Source: Thermoplasmata archaeon (lineage in GTDB: Archaea; Thermoplasmatota; Thermoplasmata; Lutacidiplasmatales; UBA184). Taken from it: a stretch of DNA of 64,000 nucleotides. The notes under the pieces were generated by a model. It was given only the letters and a program-made list of their open reading frames with translations, had not been told where the DNA came from and ran no database searches. The position numbers and the translations under genes were made by a program. The stretch spans positions 128,001 through 192,000 of the forward strand of contig JAGWLG010000001.1 of NCBI GenBank assembly GCA_028864975.1, given 5' to 3'. Of the stretch, positions 37,283 to 46,738 are shown piece by piece; the first letter of the stretch is position 1, and every line of letters begins with the position of its first letter.

Positions 37283-38404
37283 CTACGCGCGACCCATCGC
37301 TTCCTTGTACGCGTCCAGGTAGCGGTCCACCACGACCTCCCAGTCCCAGCGCTTGGCGGTACGGCGGGCGGAATCGCTCATCTGTCCCCGAAGTCCCGGG
37401 CGGTCCAGGATCTCCCGGACCGAAGAGGTGAACTCCTCGACCGAACGCGCGACGCGGCCCCCTCCGTCCTCGGCGAGGTACCTCGCGGCACCTGCCTCGA
37501 AGGCGACGAAGGGCAATCCCGACGCGGTCGCCTCCAGAAGGGAGATCCCGAACCCTTCGTACTGCGAACCTTGCACGTAAAGGTCCACCTCCCGAAGGGC
37601 TGCCCGCACCTCGTTGTGCTCCAAGTACCCCAGGAATCGGACCTCAAGGCCGCGCTGCTTGGCGAGCGCCTCGACGTGGGTACGGTCGTACCGAGTCCCG
37701 GGGAGGTCCTTGCCCACGACGCCCAGCGCAACGTGGTCCCGCAGCGGAGCGAGCGCCTCCACGAGCCGGTCGACGCGCTTGTTCTCCCAGAGGCCACCAA
37801 CGTAGAGGGCGATCCGGGGGCGCGTGAAGCCGAACTTCTCCCGAAGTCCGAGCGGAGGGACGGGGGCGGTCAGGTCCTTGAGGTCGATGCCCTCTCCCAC
37901 CAGACGGACCCGAGACCCGGGATAGCCGAAGCCGATGACCTGCTCCCGTTCGTGCTCGGTCAGCGCAAGATAAAGGTCGAAGGCCCGCAGCGCTTGAGGA
38001 AGGTATCGGCCGAAGTACCACCGGTTCCGAGGCGACGGATCCATCTCCCATTGGTAGAAACCGTGGGGCGTGATCACCTGAGGGCCGTCAAAAACCTGGG
38101 CGACGGGGAAGTAGAAGTCCGCGCACCAGATCCGATTGCCGCTCATGTGCAAGAGGTCAAAGTCCATCGCACGCAGGGTGCGCCAGTACGCTCGGGGGAC
38201 CCGGAACTGGCCCCACTGTCGCATCGGAAGTCGGCGCACCGCGATTCCGTCGACCTCCTCTTCCGCCGGGGCCTGGGGCTCGTTCTGCGTGAGCACGGAG
38301 ACGCGGTGACCGCGTCCCTGGAGCGCCCGGGCCAGGGCCAAGGTCCAACGCTCGGTCCCACCATCCGCCGGCCAGAAGCGGTGGTTGACGAGCAGGACCT
38401 TCAC
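37283..38404 (-). CDS. GT4-family glycosyltransferase
   Basis: VKVLLVNHRF...GGTE, YVGGLWENKRVD and EGFGISLLEATASGLP. GTG start 38404. Confidence 0.9.
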   Translation of the reverse strand: MKVLLVNHRFWPADGGTERWTLALARALQGRGHRVSVLTQNEPQAPAEEEVDGIAVRRLPMRQWGQFRVPRAYWRTLRAMDFDLLHMSGNRIWCADFYFPVAQVFDGPQVITPHGFYQWEMDPSPRNRWYFGRYLPQALRAFDLYLALTEHEREQVIGFGYPGSRVRLVGEGIDLKDLTAPVPPLGLREKFGFTRPRIALYVGGLWENKRVDRLVEALAPLRDHVALGVVGKDLPGTRYDRTHVEALAKQRGLEVRFLGYLEHNEVRAALREVDLYVQGSQYEGFGISLLEATASGLPFVAFEAGAARYLAEDGGGRVARSVEEFTSSVREILDRPGLRGQMSDSARRTAKRWDWEVVVDRYLDAYKEAMGRA

Positions 38405-38462
38405 GCGGGGGTGAGGGAGGACGGTAGTACAAAACGCCACGTTCGCAGCGGCCCTAGCGCGG

Positions 38463-39137
38463 TTGAACGTGGTCTCGGCGGAACGCTCCGAAGGCGAAGG
38501 GGAATATGCCGAAGGGGCTCGGACCGTTGTGGTACCGATCGCCCCGCCCCTCGGCGGGACGGGCTCTCCCGTCTCGCTACTGACCGGGTCCCTCGTCCTG
38601 GTCTGGGTCCTTTCCGAGGTCGCGATCCGGGTCTACGCGGTCGCACGGGGGGCTCCCGCGCGCGTCCCTCGCGGCCCCGACCGTGGGTCTTGGGTCGTCC
38701 TCGTGATCGGGATCGCAGGGATCATCGTCCTCAGCACGGTCGACCGGGCGAACCCCCTGCTCGGCCTCCCGCCGTTGGGGGTGCTCTACCTCGGAGACGC
38801 GCTCATGGGTCTGGGCATCGCGGTCCGTGTCTGGGCCATCACGGTGCTCGGCCGGTTCTTCACGACCCGCGTCATGATCCAGAAGGGGCATCAGCTCATC
38901 ACGAAGGGTCCCTACCGCTGGGTTCGCCACCCTTCCTATACGGGGGCCTTGACCACCCTGATCGGGCTCTCTCTGGCATACGGCAGTCTCCTGGGCACCC
39001 TCCTCGCGCTCACGGTAGGGGCCACCTGCTTCGGCTACCGCATTCATGTCGAGGAGAAGGCTCTGGCCGAGGGGTTCGGGAAGGAGTACGAGGAGTACCG
39101 ACGGCACACTCGCCGCTTGATCCCCGGGGTCTATTGA
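38463..39137 (+). CDS. Isoprenylcysteine carboxyl methyltransferase (ICMT/Ste14)-family membrane protein
   Basis: LGRFFT...HQLITKGPYRWVRHPSYTG and RIHVEEKAL...FGKEYEEY...TRRLIP. Start uncertain. Confidence 0.88.
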   Translation: MNVVSAERSEGEGEYAEGARTVVVPIAPPLGGTGSPVSLLTGSLVLVWVLSEVAIRVYAVARGAPARVPRGPDRGSWVVLVIGIAGIIVLSTVDRANPLLGLPPLGVLYLGDALMGLGIAVRVWAITVLGRFFTTRVMIQKGHQLITKGPYRWVRHPSYTGALTTLIGLSLAYGSLLGTLLALTVGATCFGYRIHVEEKALAEGFGKEYEEYRRHTRRLIPGVY

Positions 39138-40198
39138 ACCGGGGCCTTCCAAGGGAACCTGAGCACCGCCCCCATGCCGCCAAGACCTGCAAGCCGCCGG
39201 CCGGCTTCGCCATCGGCCCGGACTAGGAGCAGTGCCGTCTTGGCCTCTCGGGCAGCGCTCAAGAGCCCCGTCGTCGCGGGGTCCCGGAGCTTCGAGTCCA
39301 GAACGAGCAACGTCTCCACAGCAGCCGCTTCGACCGCGCCCCGAAGCTCTTGCGGACCCAAGGCCGCACCGCCATCCTTCCCGAGTGCCCGGACGAGTCG
39401 TTCCACTTCGGCCGCCTCCTTCGCGGCCATGCTGGTGGAGAGCGCCTCCTCCGCCTTGCCGGAGCGCAGTAGCTCGTTGACGCCGGCGAGCCCGGATTCC
39501 GCGGTCGGGACGACGGACACCTTCGGATGTTTGGACACCGGCAGGGAGGCGATGCGGCGAGAGAGCTCTTCCTTGAGGAACCCGGGCCCCGCGACGACGA
39601 CGGCTTGGGAACGCTCCAGCTCGGGTTGGACCACGTGGAGGATCTCCTCCACGAAGGCTTCCCGGTCCTTCTCGCGCGAGGAGGAGCGAACGCGGTCGTA
39701 CTTGCCCGATCCCGAGCGGGTCCTCTCGTCCACCACTCCGAAGGACCGGCCACGAAGTCGGACCACAGCGCTCTCCCCCCAATCGGCGCAGACCAGCAGG
39801 ACCTGCGGCTCGTCGACGGCCCGTTTGCCCTCGTCGAGGAGCGCCCGGTCCGAGGAGGTGAGCTCCGACTTCGTGAGCGCGACCTCGCCCCCCTCCTCGA
39901 GGTCCAGGGTGTGGTAACGGCCCTGGTCGAAGGGCCCCTCCACAATGGGCCCCGTCACGCGCACGTGCCCGGTGAACTCGTGGAACTCGACGCTCTCCGC
40001 CCGAACCGTAAGGAAGACCGTCCGTCGGTCTCGCTGCCCTGCGGGCGTGTCGGAGGGCGCCTCAGGGTCGCGTCGGGAGGTGACCGACCCCACCTGGTCC
40101 CCGGGTAGGATGAGGCGCGAGATTCGCCAGAGGTCGCTCGGCGTCTCCAGGCGGAGCTTGATGAGCCCGGTCCTCGGGTCCTGGAAGTAGATCCTCAT
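39131..40198 (-). CDS. pelA: mRNA surveillance/ribosome rescue protein pelota
   Basis: MRI...IKLRLETPSDLWRISRLILPGDQV...T.R, VEFHEFTGHVRVTGPI...GRYHTL, VVAGPGFLKE, GLAGVNELL and GRRLAGLGGMGAVLRF. ATG 40198. Confidence 0.92.
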   Translation of the reverse strand: MRIYFQDPRTGLIKLRLETPSDLWRISRLILPGDQVGSVTSRRDPEAPSDTPAGQRDRRTVFLTVRAESVEFHEFTGHVRVTGPIVEGPFDQGRYHTLDLEEGGEVALTKSELTSSDRALLDEGKRAVDEPQVLLVCADWGESAVVRLRGRSFGVVDERTRSGSGKYDRVRSSSREKDREAFVEEILHVVQPELERSQAVVVAGPGFLKEELSRRIASLPVSKHPKVSVVPTAESGLAGVNELLRSGKAEEALSTSMAAKEAAEVERLVRALGKDGGAALGPQELRGAVEAAAVETLLVLDSKLRDPATTGLLSAAREAKTALLLVRADGEAGRRLAGLGGMGAVLRFPWKAPVQ

Positions 40199-40926
40199 CG
40201 CCCTCCCTTGGAGCGCGGAGGTGGGGTCCTTCGCGGCGACCGGTGGTCGAGCTCCTCGTCCGAGGCGGGGAGCCATCGCTCCACCTGCTCGGCCAGACTG
40301 AGCCCAGGCGTCCGCCCCTCCTCTCCCCTCGCCCCCGTTCGGTCCGGGAAGAGCCAGACCGGGGGGAGCCGGGTCAGGACCCAGTTGGCCAGCGGGTCGC
40401 GCCCTTCCGCCCGCTGAAGGTGACCCTGGAACCAGGAGGTGCAACGCGCGTAGACGTCCTTCCAGGCGAGACCTCCGGTCCCCGGGACCTTCTCCTCCTG
40501 CCGGTCCGGGGCGACGAGGAGCACGATCGGCACCGAGAAGAGCCGCTCGACCTCCCCGACCCCCCCACCGGTTCCCCTCCCTGCGCCCCCGCCTGGTTTC
40601 TCCTTTTCCGCCCCCCTCTCCCCCCAGACCTCGGCGACCAGCCCTGCTGCGAGGGGTGCGCACCGCGAGCCCATCCCCTTCCGCCCCGCCGAGAGCAGGG
40701 CCCAGAGCGCAAGGCCACGACAGGTGAACGCGACGGCCGAAGCGGGGATGGGGGCGGGCAGGGAGACCCCCGCGAGCGCAGCGCCGGACGCCCAGGATCC
40801 GGACCCGGGCCCCTTCAGAAGTCGAAGCAGCGAGCGTTCCTCGCCGGGTGAGAGCGGCGTACCATCGAGGTGCTGGACCGCGAGACCGACATCGCCCTCG
40901 GTGCGGACCGCCCGTCGCTTCGGCAT
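40195..40926 (-). CDS. Hypothetical protein, translationally coupled to pelota
   Basis: 243-aa ORF whose stop overlaps the pelota ATG; no family recognised. Confidence 0.5.
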   Translation of the reverse strand: MPKRRAVRTEGDVGLAVQHLDGTPLSPGEERSLLRLLKGPGSGSWASGAALAGVSLPAPIPASAVAFTCRGLALWALLSAGRKGMGSRCAPLAAGLVAEVWGERGAEKEKPGGGAGRGTGGGVGEVERLFSVPIVLLVAPDRQEEKVPGTGGLAWKDVYARCTSWFQGHLQRAEGRDPLANWVLTRLPPVWLFPDRTGARGEEGRTPGLSLAEQVERWLPASDEELDHRSPRRTPPPRSKGGR

Positions 40927-41024
40927 GGCCCCTACCGGGGGTAGGGTCAGGGGCTTTGGGTCTTTGCGGTGCGGCGGCCGGGTAGGTCGACGGAAGCGCT
41001 ATATCGATATCGACATATCCATCG

Positions 41025-41627
41025 ATGCAGGTGCCCATGCGCCCCCTCGAGAGCCCTAGTCGTCTCCCTGAGCGGATGCGACGCGGCCTCCTCGGGATGT
41101 ACGCCCTCGCGGTGATGGACCGTGAGGGACCTGTCCACGGCTACCTCATCTCGGAGCGCGTCGCAGAGAGGACCGACGGGTCTTGGCGACCGGGCCCCGG
41201 CGCGGTGTACCCCGCGCTGCGGAAGCTCGCCGAGCGCGGGTTCGCGCGTCCCGCCGCGCGCTCCCTCGGACGCCGGAGGGAGTTCGAGATCACCCCGCAG
41301 GGACGAGCGATGCTCGAACGACTCCGTGCCCAGTCCCCCTGGGTCCAGCGCAAGGGCTGGGACCTGGTCCCACTTTGGGCCGAGGTGTCGGGCATCCACC
41401 GTACCGAGGACTTCCTCCTGCTCCGCCTGCGCCGAGCGCTGGACGGGATCGACACCTTCCTCGCGCGGTCGCCGGACCGGACGGCCGCCCGGGCGGAGCT
41501 CATCTCGGAGGTCGAGCGGGAGCTCGGGGGGTACCTGCGGAGGATGCGCCACACGGGAGAACGTACCTCCTCCTCCCCGCGGTCACGGTCCAAGGCGCGG
41601 TTCGCTTACGCGGGAGGGGCGGCTTGA
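41025..41627 (+). CDS. PadR-family transcriptional regulator
   Basis: GLLGMYAL...GPVHGYLI...WRPGPGAVYPALRKL...RREFEITPQG. Confidence 0.9.
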   Translation: MQVPMRPLESPSRLPERMRRGLLGMYALAVMDREGPVHGYLISERVAERTDGSWRPGPGAVYPALRKLAERGFARPAARSLGRRREFEITPQGRAMLERLRAQSPWVQRKGWDLVPLWAEVSGIHRTEDFLLLRLRRALDGIDTFLARSPDRTAARAELISEVERELGGYLRRMRHTGERTSSSPRSRSKARFAYAGGAA

Positions 41628-42703
41628 CCGTTGACCCCGATGGCTCCGCCATCGTGACCGAGGGCCTGACGAAGGTCTACGGCGGCCATGCCCCACCCGC
41701 GGTTGGAAAGAGGGGCGGGAGCCCCGGCCCGATCCGACACGGCCTATTCTCCCGCGAGCGACGACCAGGGATGGCCGCTGTGGATCACGTGGACCTCTGC
41801 GTGCCCAAAGGAAGCGTCTTCGGGCTCATGGGCCCGAACGGCGCCGGGAAGACGACGATGATCAAGCTCCTGACGGGGCTCTCCGACATCACCGAGGGCC
41901 GCGCCTGGGTCGACGGGTTCGACGTGGAGCGGAACCCCATGCAGGTCAAGCAGCGCGTGGGATGGGTCGCCGCCGAGGTGATCCTGGACGACGACCTCTC
42001 CGCCTGGGAGAACCTCTGGCTCCAGGCGAAGCTCCAGGCGCTCTCCGACTGGCAGACGCGCGCGGAGGAGCTCCTCGCCTACTTCGACCTCGCCGACCGG
42101 CGCAAGGACCGAGTCAGCACCTACTCCACCGGCATGCGCAAGAAGATGGAGATCGCCCTCGCGCTGCTCCACCAGCCTTCGGTCATCTTCATGGACGAGC
42201 CCACTATCGGGCTCGACCCGAACGTCCGTTTGATGCTCTGGAAGCTCATCACGGGGGTCAACCGGGAGTTCGGCGTCACGGTCCTCCTGACCACCCACTA
42301 CATCGAGGAGGCGGACAGCCTCTGCGACCGGGTCGCGATCATCGACCGCGGCAAGTTCGTCGCGACGGGGACCCCCTCCGAGCTCAAGGCCCGGGTCAAG
42401 GCGGACTTCATCGAGCTCGAGACCCGCGGGCCTATCGATGAGCCCAAGCTCCGGGCGCTCCCGGGGGTCCTGGAGGTCCGCACCCAGGGAAAGACCTGGA
42501 TCCTGAAGGTCCCCTCCGCGGAGGAGGTGCTCCCCCACCTGTTCGCGGCTCTGAAGGACGACGGGATCTCCCGGATCAATGTGGAGAAGCCCAGCCTGGA
42601 GAGCGTCTTCATCGACATCACGGGAAAGAGGATGGACCAGACGGGGGGCGACGTCCAGGACTTCCGCAAGTTCTACATGCAGGTGCGGAGGGCACGCCAA
42701 TGA
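41624..42703 (+). CDS. ABC exporter ATP-binding subunit (DrrA-like)
   Basis: TTG 41624 overlapping the PadR stop; GPNGAGKTT, YSTGMRKK, IFMDEPT and LTTHY. Confidence 0.93.
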   Translation: MTVDPDGSAIVTEGLTKVYGGHAPPAVGKRGGSPGPIRHGLFSRERRPGMAAVDHVDLCVPKGSVFGLMGPNGAGKTTMIKLLTGLSDITEGRAWVDGFDVERNPMQVKQRVGWVAAEVILDDDLSAWENLWLQAKLQALSDWQTRAEELLAYFDLADRRKDRVSTYSTGMRKKMEIALALLHQPSVIFMDEPTIGLDPNVRLMLWKLITGVNREFGVTVLLTTHYIEEADSLCDRVAIIDRGKFVATGTPSELKARVKADFIELETRGPIDEPKLRALPGVLEVRTQGKTWILKVPSAEEVLPHLFAALKDDGISRINVEKPSLESVFIDITGKRMDQTGGDVQDFRKFYMQVRRARQ

Positions 42704-43551
42704 GCACGGTCGAGAAGGTCCTGACCCTCCCCGCGCGGCAGGAGGCGCACCGCGATGGGTACGTGGGGCAGCTCTCCCAGTTCTGGGGGCTCTACGCGCG
42801 AGAGCTCATCAAGACCTTCCGCAACCCCTTCGTGATCATCATCACCTTCGCCCAGCCGTTCATGTGGCTGGCCTTCTTCGGGAGCAGCTTCGCGAACGTT
42901 CCCGGGGGGGCCGCGACCCTCGACAAGCTCCTCCATGCGCCCCCGGGGACCGGCTACCTCCAGTTCCTCCTCCCGGGGGTCCTCGCGACCTCGATGCTCT
43001 CGATCGGGATGTTCGGGTCGATGAGCACCATCCAGGACAAGCGCTTTGGTTTCATGAAGCGGGTCCTGATCACACCGACCAGCAAAGCCACGGTCTACCT
43101 GACGAAGGCGCTCGGCTCGGCGACACGGGGGATGGTGCAGATCCCCGTGATGATCGTCGCTGCATGGGCCTTCGGGATCCCCTTCGTCGGCACCCCGCTC
43201 GCATGGGCCGGCTGGGTCCTGGGTCTCGTCTTCCTTGGAGTGGGCTTTTCCGCCTTCTTCCTCGCCGTGACGGCCTCCAGCACCGACTGGCAGACCCCAG
43301 GGGTCATCTCGAACTTCATCACGATGCCCCTTATGTTCGCGAGCGGCGCCCTCTTTCCGGCCCAGAACTATCCCAGTTGGATGCAGACCATCGCCAATTA
43401 CAACCCCGTGGGCTACGCAGCCCTACTCGGCCGTGAGGTCGTGGTCTACGGCTCCTTTGACTGGATCTACCTGGGCTACCTCGCCCTCTTCGCCGTGGTG
43501 ATGCTCGTCGTGGGGACGGCGGTGGCCTCGCGCTACCTCAAGGTGGAATGA
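42700..43551 (+). CDS. ABC-2 type permease
   Basis: About 6 TM helices; YLQFLLPGV, DKRFGFMKRVLITP, FASGALFP...PSWMQ...NPV. Confidence 0.92.
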   Translation: MSTVEKVLTLPARQEAHRDGYVGQLSQFWGLYARELIKTFRNPFVIIITFAQPFMWLAFFGSSFANVPGGAATLDKLLHAPPGTGYLQFLLPGVLATSMLSIGMFGSMSTIQDKRFGFMKRVLITPTSKATVYLTKALGSATRGMVQIPVMIVAAWAFGIPFVGTPLAWAGWVLGLVFLGVGFSAFFLAVTASSTDWQTPGVISNFITMPLMFASGALFPAQNYPSWMQTIANYNPVGYAALLGREVVVYGSFDWIYLGYLALFAVVMLVVGTAVASRYLKVE

Positions 43552-43624
43552 ACCCCGGGGCCCCTCCCCCAGAGTTTGGGACGGGGGGTCTTCCCCCCTT
43601 CGCCTGCTCCCGGTTTGCGGGTCG

Positions 43625-44065
43625 CTACTCGAGCCGAGCCATCACCGAGATCGCGACATTCCCGGCGAGGGCCTTCGAGATGGGGCAGCCGGACTCTCCG
43701 GTGGTGCGGGCGAGCTCCTCGAACTTCTTCGGGTCCGCCCCGGGCACTCTTGCGACCACGTCGAGCTCGATCCGCGTCACCTTGAACCCATCACCGACCT
43801 TCTCGAAGGTCGCCGAGGCCGAGGTGCGGACCTCCTTCGCGGGAGTGCCGCCCTTAGCGAGCCCGTGGGAGAGCGCCATCGCGAAACAGGCGGCATGGGC
43901 GGCCGCGAGCAGCTCCTCGGGGCTCGTCATCCCGCCGGGTTCCTCGGACCGGGCCTTCCAGGTGATCGGGGATTCGGCCAGAGCGGAGGACTCCGTCCGC
44001 ACGGTCCCCTTCCCACCGACCAAGTCGCCTCGCCATGTCGCCCGAGCTTTCCGCGTTACCGGCAT
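43625..44065 (-). CDS. osmC: OsmC-family peroxiredoxin
   Basis: RKARATWRGDL..GKG, SPEELLAAAHAACF and CPISKAL. Confidence 0.92.
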   Translation of the reverse strand: MPVTRKARATWRGDLVGGKGTVRTESSALAESPITWKARSEEPGGMTSPEELLAAAHAACFAMALSHGLAKGGTPAKEVRTSASATFEKVGDGFKVTRIELDVVARVPGADPKKFEELARTTGESGCPISKALAGNVAISVMARLE

Positions 44066-44120
44066 GTCGGTGCCCAGGCTGGGGCAGTAATCAACCTTCC
44101 GAAAAACCCCTACCGGTCAG

Positions 44121-44136
44121 GTGAACTCGGTTTCAC
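44121..44136. promoter_or_regulatory. Regulon operator site 1 (GTSRA-N6-TYSAC)
   Basis: GTGAA CTCGGT TTCAC; 8 nt upstream of TATATC and 46 nt before the cupredoxin ATG 44183. Confidence 0.8.
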
Positions 44137-44182
44137 TCTCGCCCTATATCCTGTTCCCAGAGTCGGTGGTCCGAGAGGGACA

Positions 44183-44827
44183 ATGAGGACGAACGAGAGC
44201 GGGACCCTACCCCGTAAGGCTACGTCTGGGAACGTCGGTTGGAGCGCGCTCGGTGCTATCGCGCTGGTGGGGGTGACCCTGTCGGTGGGCTGGTTCGCCT
44301 TTGCCGCGTTCTACGGTGTGGGCGTTGGGAATCCCGCCTCCCAGGGTGTGCCTTCCGGTGGGAACGCTCCGAGTGGACCGGTGCACATGTACCTCGCGGT
44401 CGTGACGACGCCTGGCGGGATGGACCAGTACCTCCCGGCCAACTTCTCGCTCCCCGTGAACACGGAGATTGACTTCACGATCCAGAACTACGACAACGGC
44501 ATCAACAACCTGAGCGCGTCGATCTCCACGGTCTCGGGAACCTCCGACGGCACGGAGCACGTCTCGGGTGGAGCTCTCGGCGCCCCTACGGGGGTCGTGA
44601 GCTCCCTGCCCGTGGGTGACACGTCGCACACCTTCAGCATCTTGGGCGGACCCCAGCACCTCAACGTGGTCATGCCCCCAGCCATGGGACCCAACCAGCC
44701 GACCGTGGTCACGTTCAGTGTGACCTTCACGAGCGCGGGGACCTACACTTGGGTCTGCCTCGCTCCTTGCGACCCCAACTCGATGCAAGCCCCCGGGTTC
44801 ATGAGCGGGACGATCACCGTCGGGTAG
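44183..44827 (+). CDS. Membrane-anchored cupredoxin-fold (sulfocyanin/rusticyanin-like) protein
   Basis: N-terminal TM anchor, PANFSLP...IDFTIQNYD, SHTF, GTYTWVCLAPCDPNSMQAPGFMSGTITV. Confidence 0.8.
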   Translation: MRTNESGTLPRKATSGNVGWSALGAIALVGVTLSVGWFAFAAFYGVGVGNPASQGVPSGGNAPSGPVHMYLAVVTTPGGMDQYLPANFSLPVNTEIDFTIQNYDNGINNLSASISTVSGTSDGTEHVSGGALGAPTGVVSSLPVGDTSHTFSILGGPQHLNVVMPPAMGPNQPTVVTFSVTFTSAGTYTWVCLAPCDPNSMQAPGFMSGTITVG

Positions 44828-44891
44828 GGTCCGAGCGCCTTAGCGACCCGAGGACCACGGCGTCCGGGCGACCGCGTGGCGGGCTCGAGCC

Positions 44892-46004
44892 ATGCTCGAT
44901 CTGAGGCGCCTTGTCGCCCGGACGAGGACCCTGTGGGTTCGAGACCCCAAAGGGATGTCCATCGACCTCCTGCGCGTGGGGATAGGCATCGTCTGGTCGC
45001 TGAACTTGATTTTCATCCTCGACCCGAGCAACCAGTACTTCGCGATGTTCCAGATGACGGCGGCGGGCTTCGGCCCGACCTCGGTGGGTGGGTCTGGTTT
45101 CGCAGACTTCGTGGCGAACTACCCCGTCTTCTTCGCGTGGGTGATCGCCCTGCTGACGGCCTACCTAGCGGTGGCCTTCCTGGCGGGATTCACTACCCGC
45201 CTGGCCTGCGTGATCGGGGCGCTCGCCTCCGTGGCCTTCCTGTTGACGCAGTTCTACGCGACCTTCACCCTGAGCGGCATGGGCACGGACGTCGGCCCGC
45301 ACCCGCTCTACGTCCTGATCTACCTCATCTTGTTCACTGGAGGGGCGGGGCAGTACTTCGCCATCGACCACTGGGTTTGGGCGAGCGGGAAGGCACGCTT
45401 CCCTCGCCTCTCCCGCTGGATCGCTTCGCCACGGGACCTCCCTTGCAATGCGACATGTCCCCATGCAGGACCACGACCATCTGGGGCGAGCCTGATCTCG
45501 GGGGAGCTTCCGCCCTTGGACGGCGCGAACTCCAGTCCATCCACCCCTCCCAAGGTCTCGGGCCGAGGTTGGGCCGCGTTGGGGGTCTTCCTCATCGCCG
45601 TCCTCTTGTTGGCCGCCGCGGTCGTGTCGCTCCACCCCGGGGGGAGCGCGACTCCCCCCCCCGCCACGCAGGTCTCCATCCAGGACGTCCAGTACACGCT
45701 CCTCTACCCGGGGAACGCCTCCCAGGGGGGTCTCGGCCCCGCGCACCAGGACGGATGTTTCGACTGCGCCATCGCGATCGCTCCAGGTTCCTCGGTCACG
45801 GAGCTGTTCATGGTCACCAACAACCATAGTGGCTCACCCACGACCGTCAGTGCGATCGTCGTGGGGGCCCCCTTCTCCCTCGCGGCCCCCACCGGTTGCC
45901 CGCGGACCCTTCCGGTGGGTTACATGTGGATGTTCAACATCGACTTGCGCGCTCCCGATGCACCGGGGACCTACACCGTCGCGCTCACGATCACGGTGAC
46001 CTGA
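44892..46004 (+). CDS. DoxX/DoxD-family membrane protein fused to an extra TM helix and an external CxxC domain
   Basis: LLRVGIGIVW...F...LAGFTTRLA...GTDVG...GAGQYFAIDHW (DoxX/DoxD pattern), then a TM helix and a beta-rich domain with DGCFDCA and GCP...GYMWM. Confidence 0.75.
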   Translation: MLDLRRLVARTRTLWVRDPKGMSIDLLRVGIGIVWSLNLIFILDPSNQYFAMFQMTAAGFGPTSVGGSGFADFVANYPVFFAWVIALLTAYLAVAFLAGFTTRLACVIGALASVAFLLTQFYATFTLSGMGTDVGPHPLYVLIYLILFTGGAGQYFAIDHWVWASGKARFPRLSRWIASPRDLPCNATCPHAGPRPSGASLISGELPPLDGANSSPSTPPKVSGRGWAALGVFLIAVLLLAAAVVSLHPGGSATPPPATQVSIQDVQYTLLYPGNASQGGLGPAHQDGCFDCAIAIAPGSSVTELFMVTNNHSGSPTTVSAIVVGAPFSLAAPTGCPRTLPVGYMWMFNIDLRAPDAPGTYTVALTITVT

Positions 46005-46084
46005 GGCCGCGCTGACCTCTGATAGCGCAGAGCGGGGAGATCCCTCCCGGCCTAGGGGCACGACCACCCTCGGAAGGACAGGAC

Positions 46085-46588
46085 TCACTCGCTGGTCGCG
46101 GCGCTGCTCCTTGGCACGTCGGACCGAGCTACGATCCCGACAAGGCGCCCGTCCTTGACCACAGGGAGGCGATGGAATCCGCGAGCGTCCATCCTGAGCG
46201 CGGCTTCGGTCACCTCCTCGTCGGGATCAATGCTGACCACTTCCGAGGTCATGACCTCCTCGACCCTGAGACGTCCGATCCTATCGCGAAGCACCTGGAG
46301 GGGCCCCATGGCGCTGACGGCAGTCCTCCCGAGGAGCATGTCGAGCCACTTGCGGGGGCTCTGCAGGACGAGGCCGGCGACGGCGCTCTCCACGATGTCG
46401 CGTTCGCTCAGGACACCCACCACGTTCCCTTCCGCGTCGACCACGGGTGCTCCAGAGATGTGGTGCCGACGGAGGGTTCCCGCGGCGGCGCGGAGCGTGG
46501 CCGTCGGCCGGAGGCAGATGACCTTGTCATGCATCACCGACCTCACGGGGGAGTGCCCGCGGGGCCGTGTTCGCTCCATGCTCTCCAC
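46085..46588 (-). CDS. CBS-pair protein 1
   Basis: HISGAPVVD...VVGVLSERDI and VEEVMT...FHRLPVV...LVGIVARSD. Confidence 0.9.
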   Translation of the reverse strand: MESMERTRPRGHSPVRSVMHDKVICLRPTATLRAAAGTLRRHHISGAPVVDAEGNVVGVLSERDIVESAVAGLVLQSPRKWLDMLLGRTAVSAMGPLQVLRDRIGRLRVEEVMTSEVVSIDPDEEVTEAALRMDARGFHRLPVVKDGRLVGIVARSDVPRSSAATSE

Positions 46589-46624
46589 GATCGGTGACCG
46601 CCCTGCCGGCTATTTCGACCCACA

Positions 46625-46640
46625 GTGGAGGCTCGTTCAC
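46625..46640. promoter_or_regulatory. Regulon operator site 2
   Basis: GTGGA GGCTCG TTCAC; exactly 36 nt before GTG 46588 (minus strand). Confidence 0.8.
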
Positions 46641-46686
46641 CGAGGTTGCCAGGGGGTCCGCGCGGGGTCCGTTGAAGTTCCGAGAG

Positions 46687-46702
46687 GTCAAGCCCATTCC
46701 AC
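46687..46702. promoter_or_regulatory. Regulon operator site 3
   Basis: GTCAA GCCCAT TCCAC; exactly 36 nt before ATG 46739. Confidence 0.8.
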
Positions 46703-46738
46703 CATTCTCCGAAATAGCCTCGGCCGGCTGGTGGGGCC

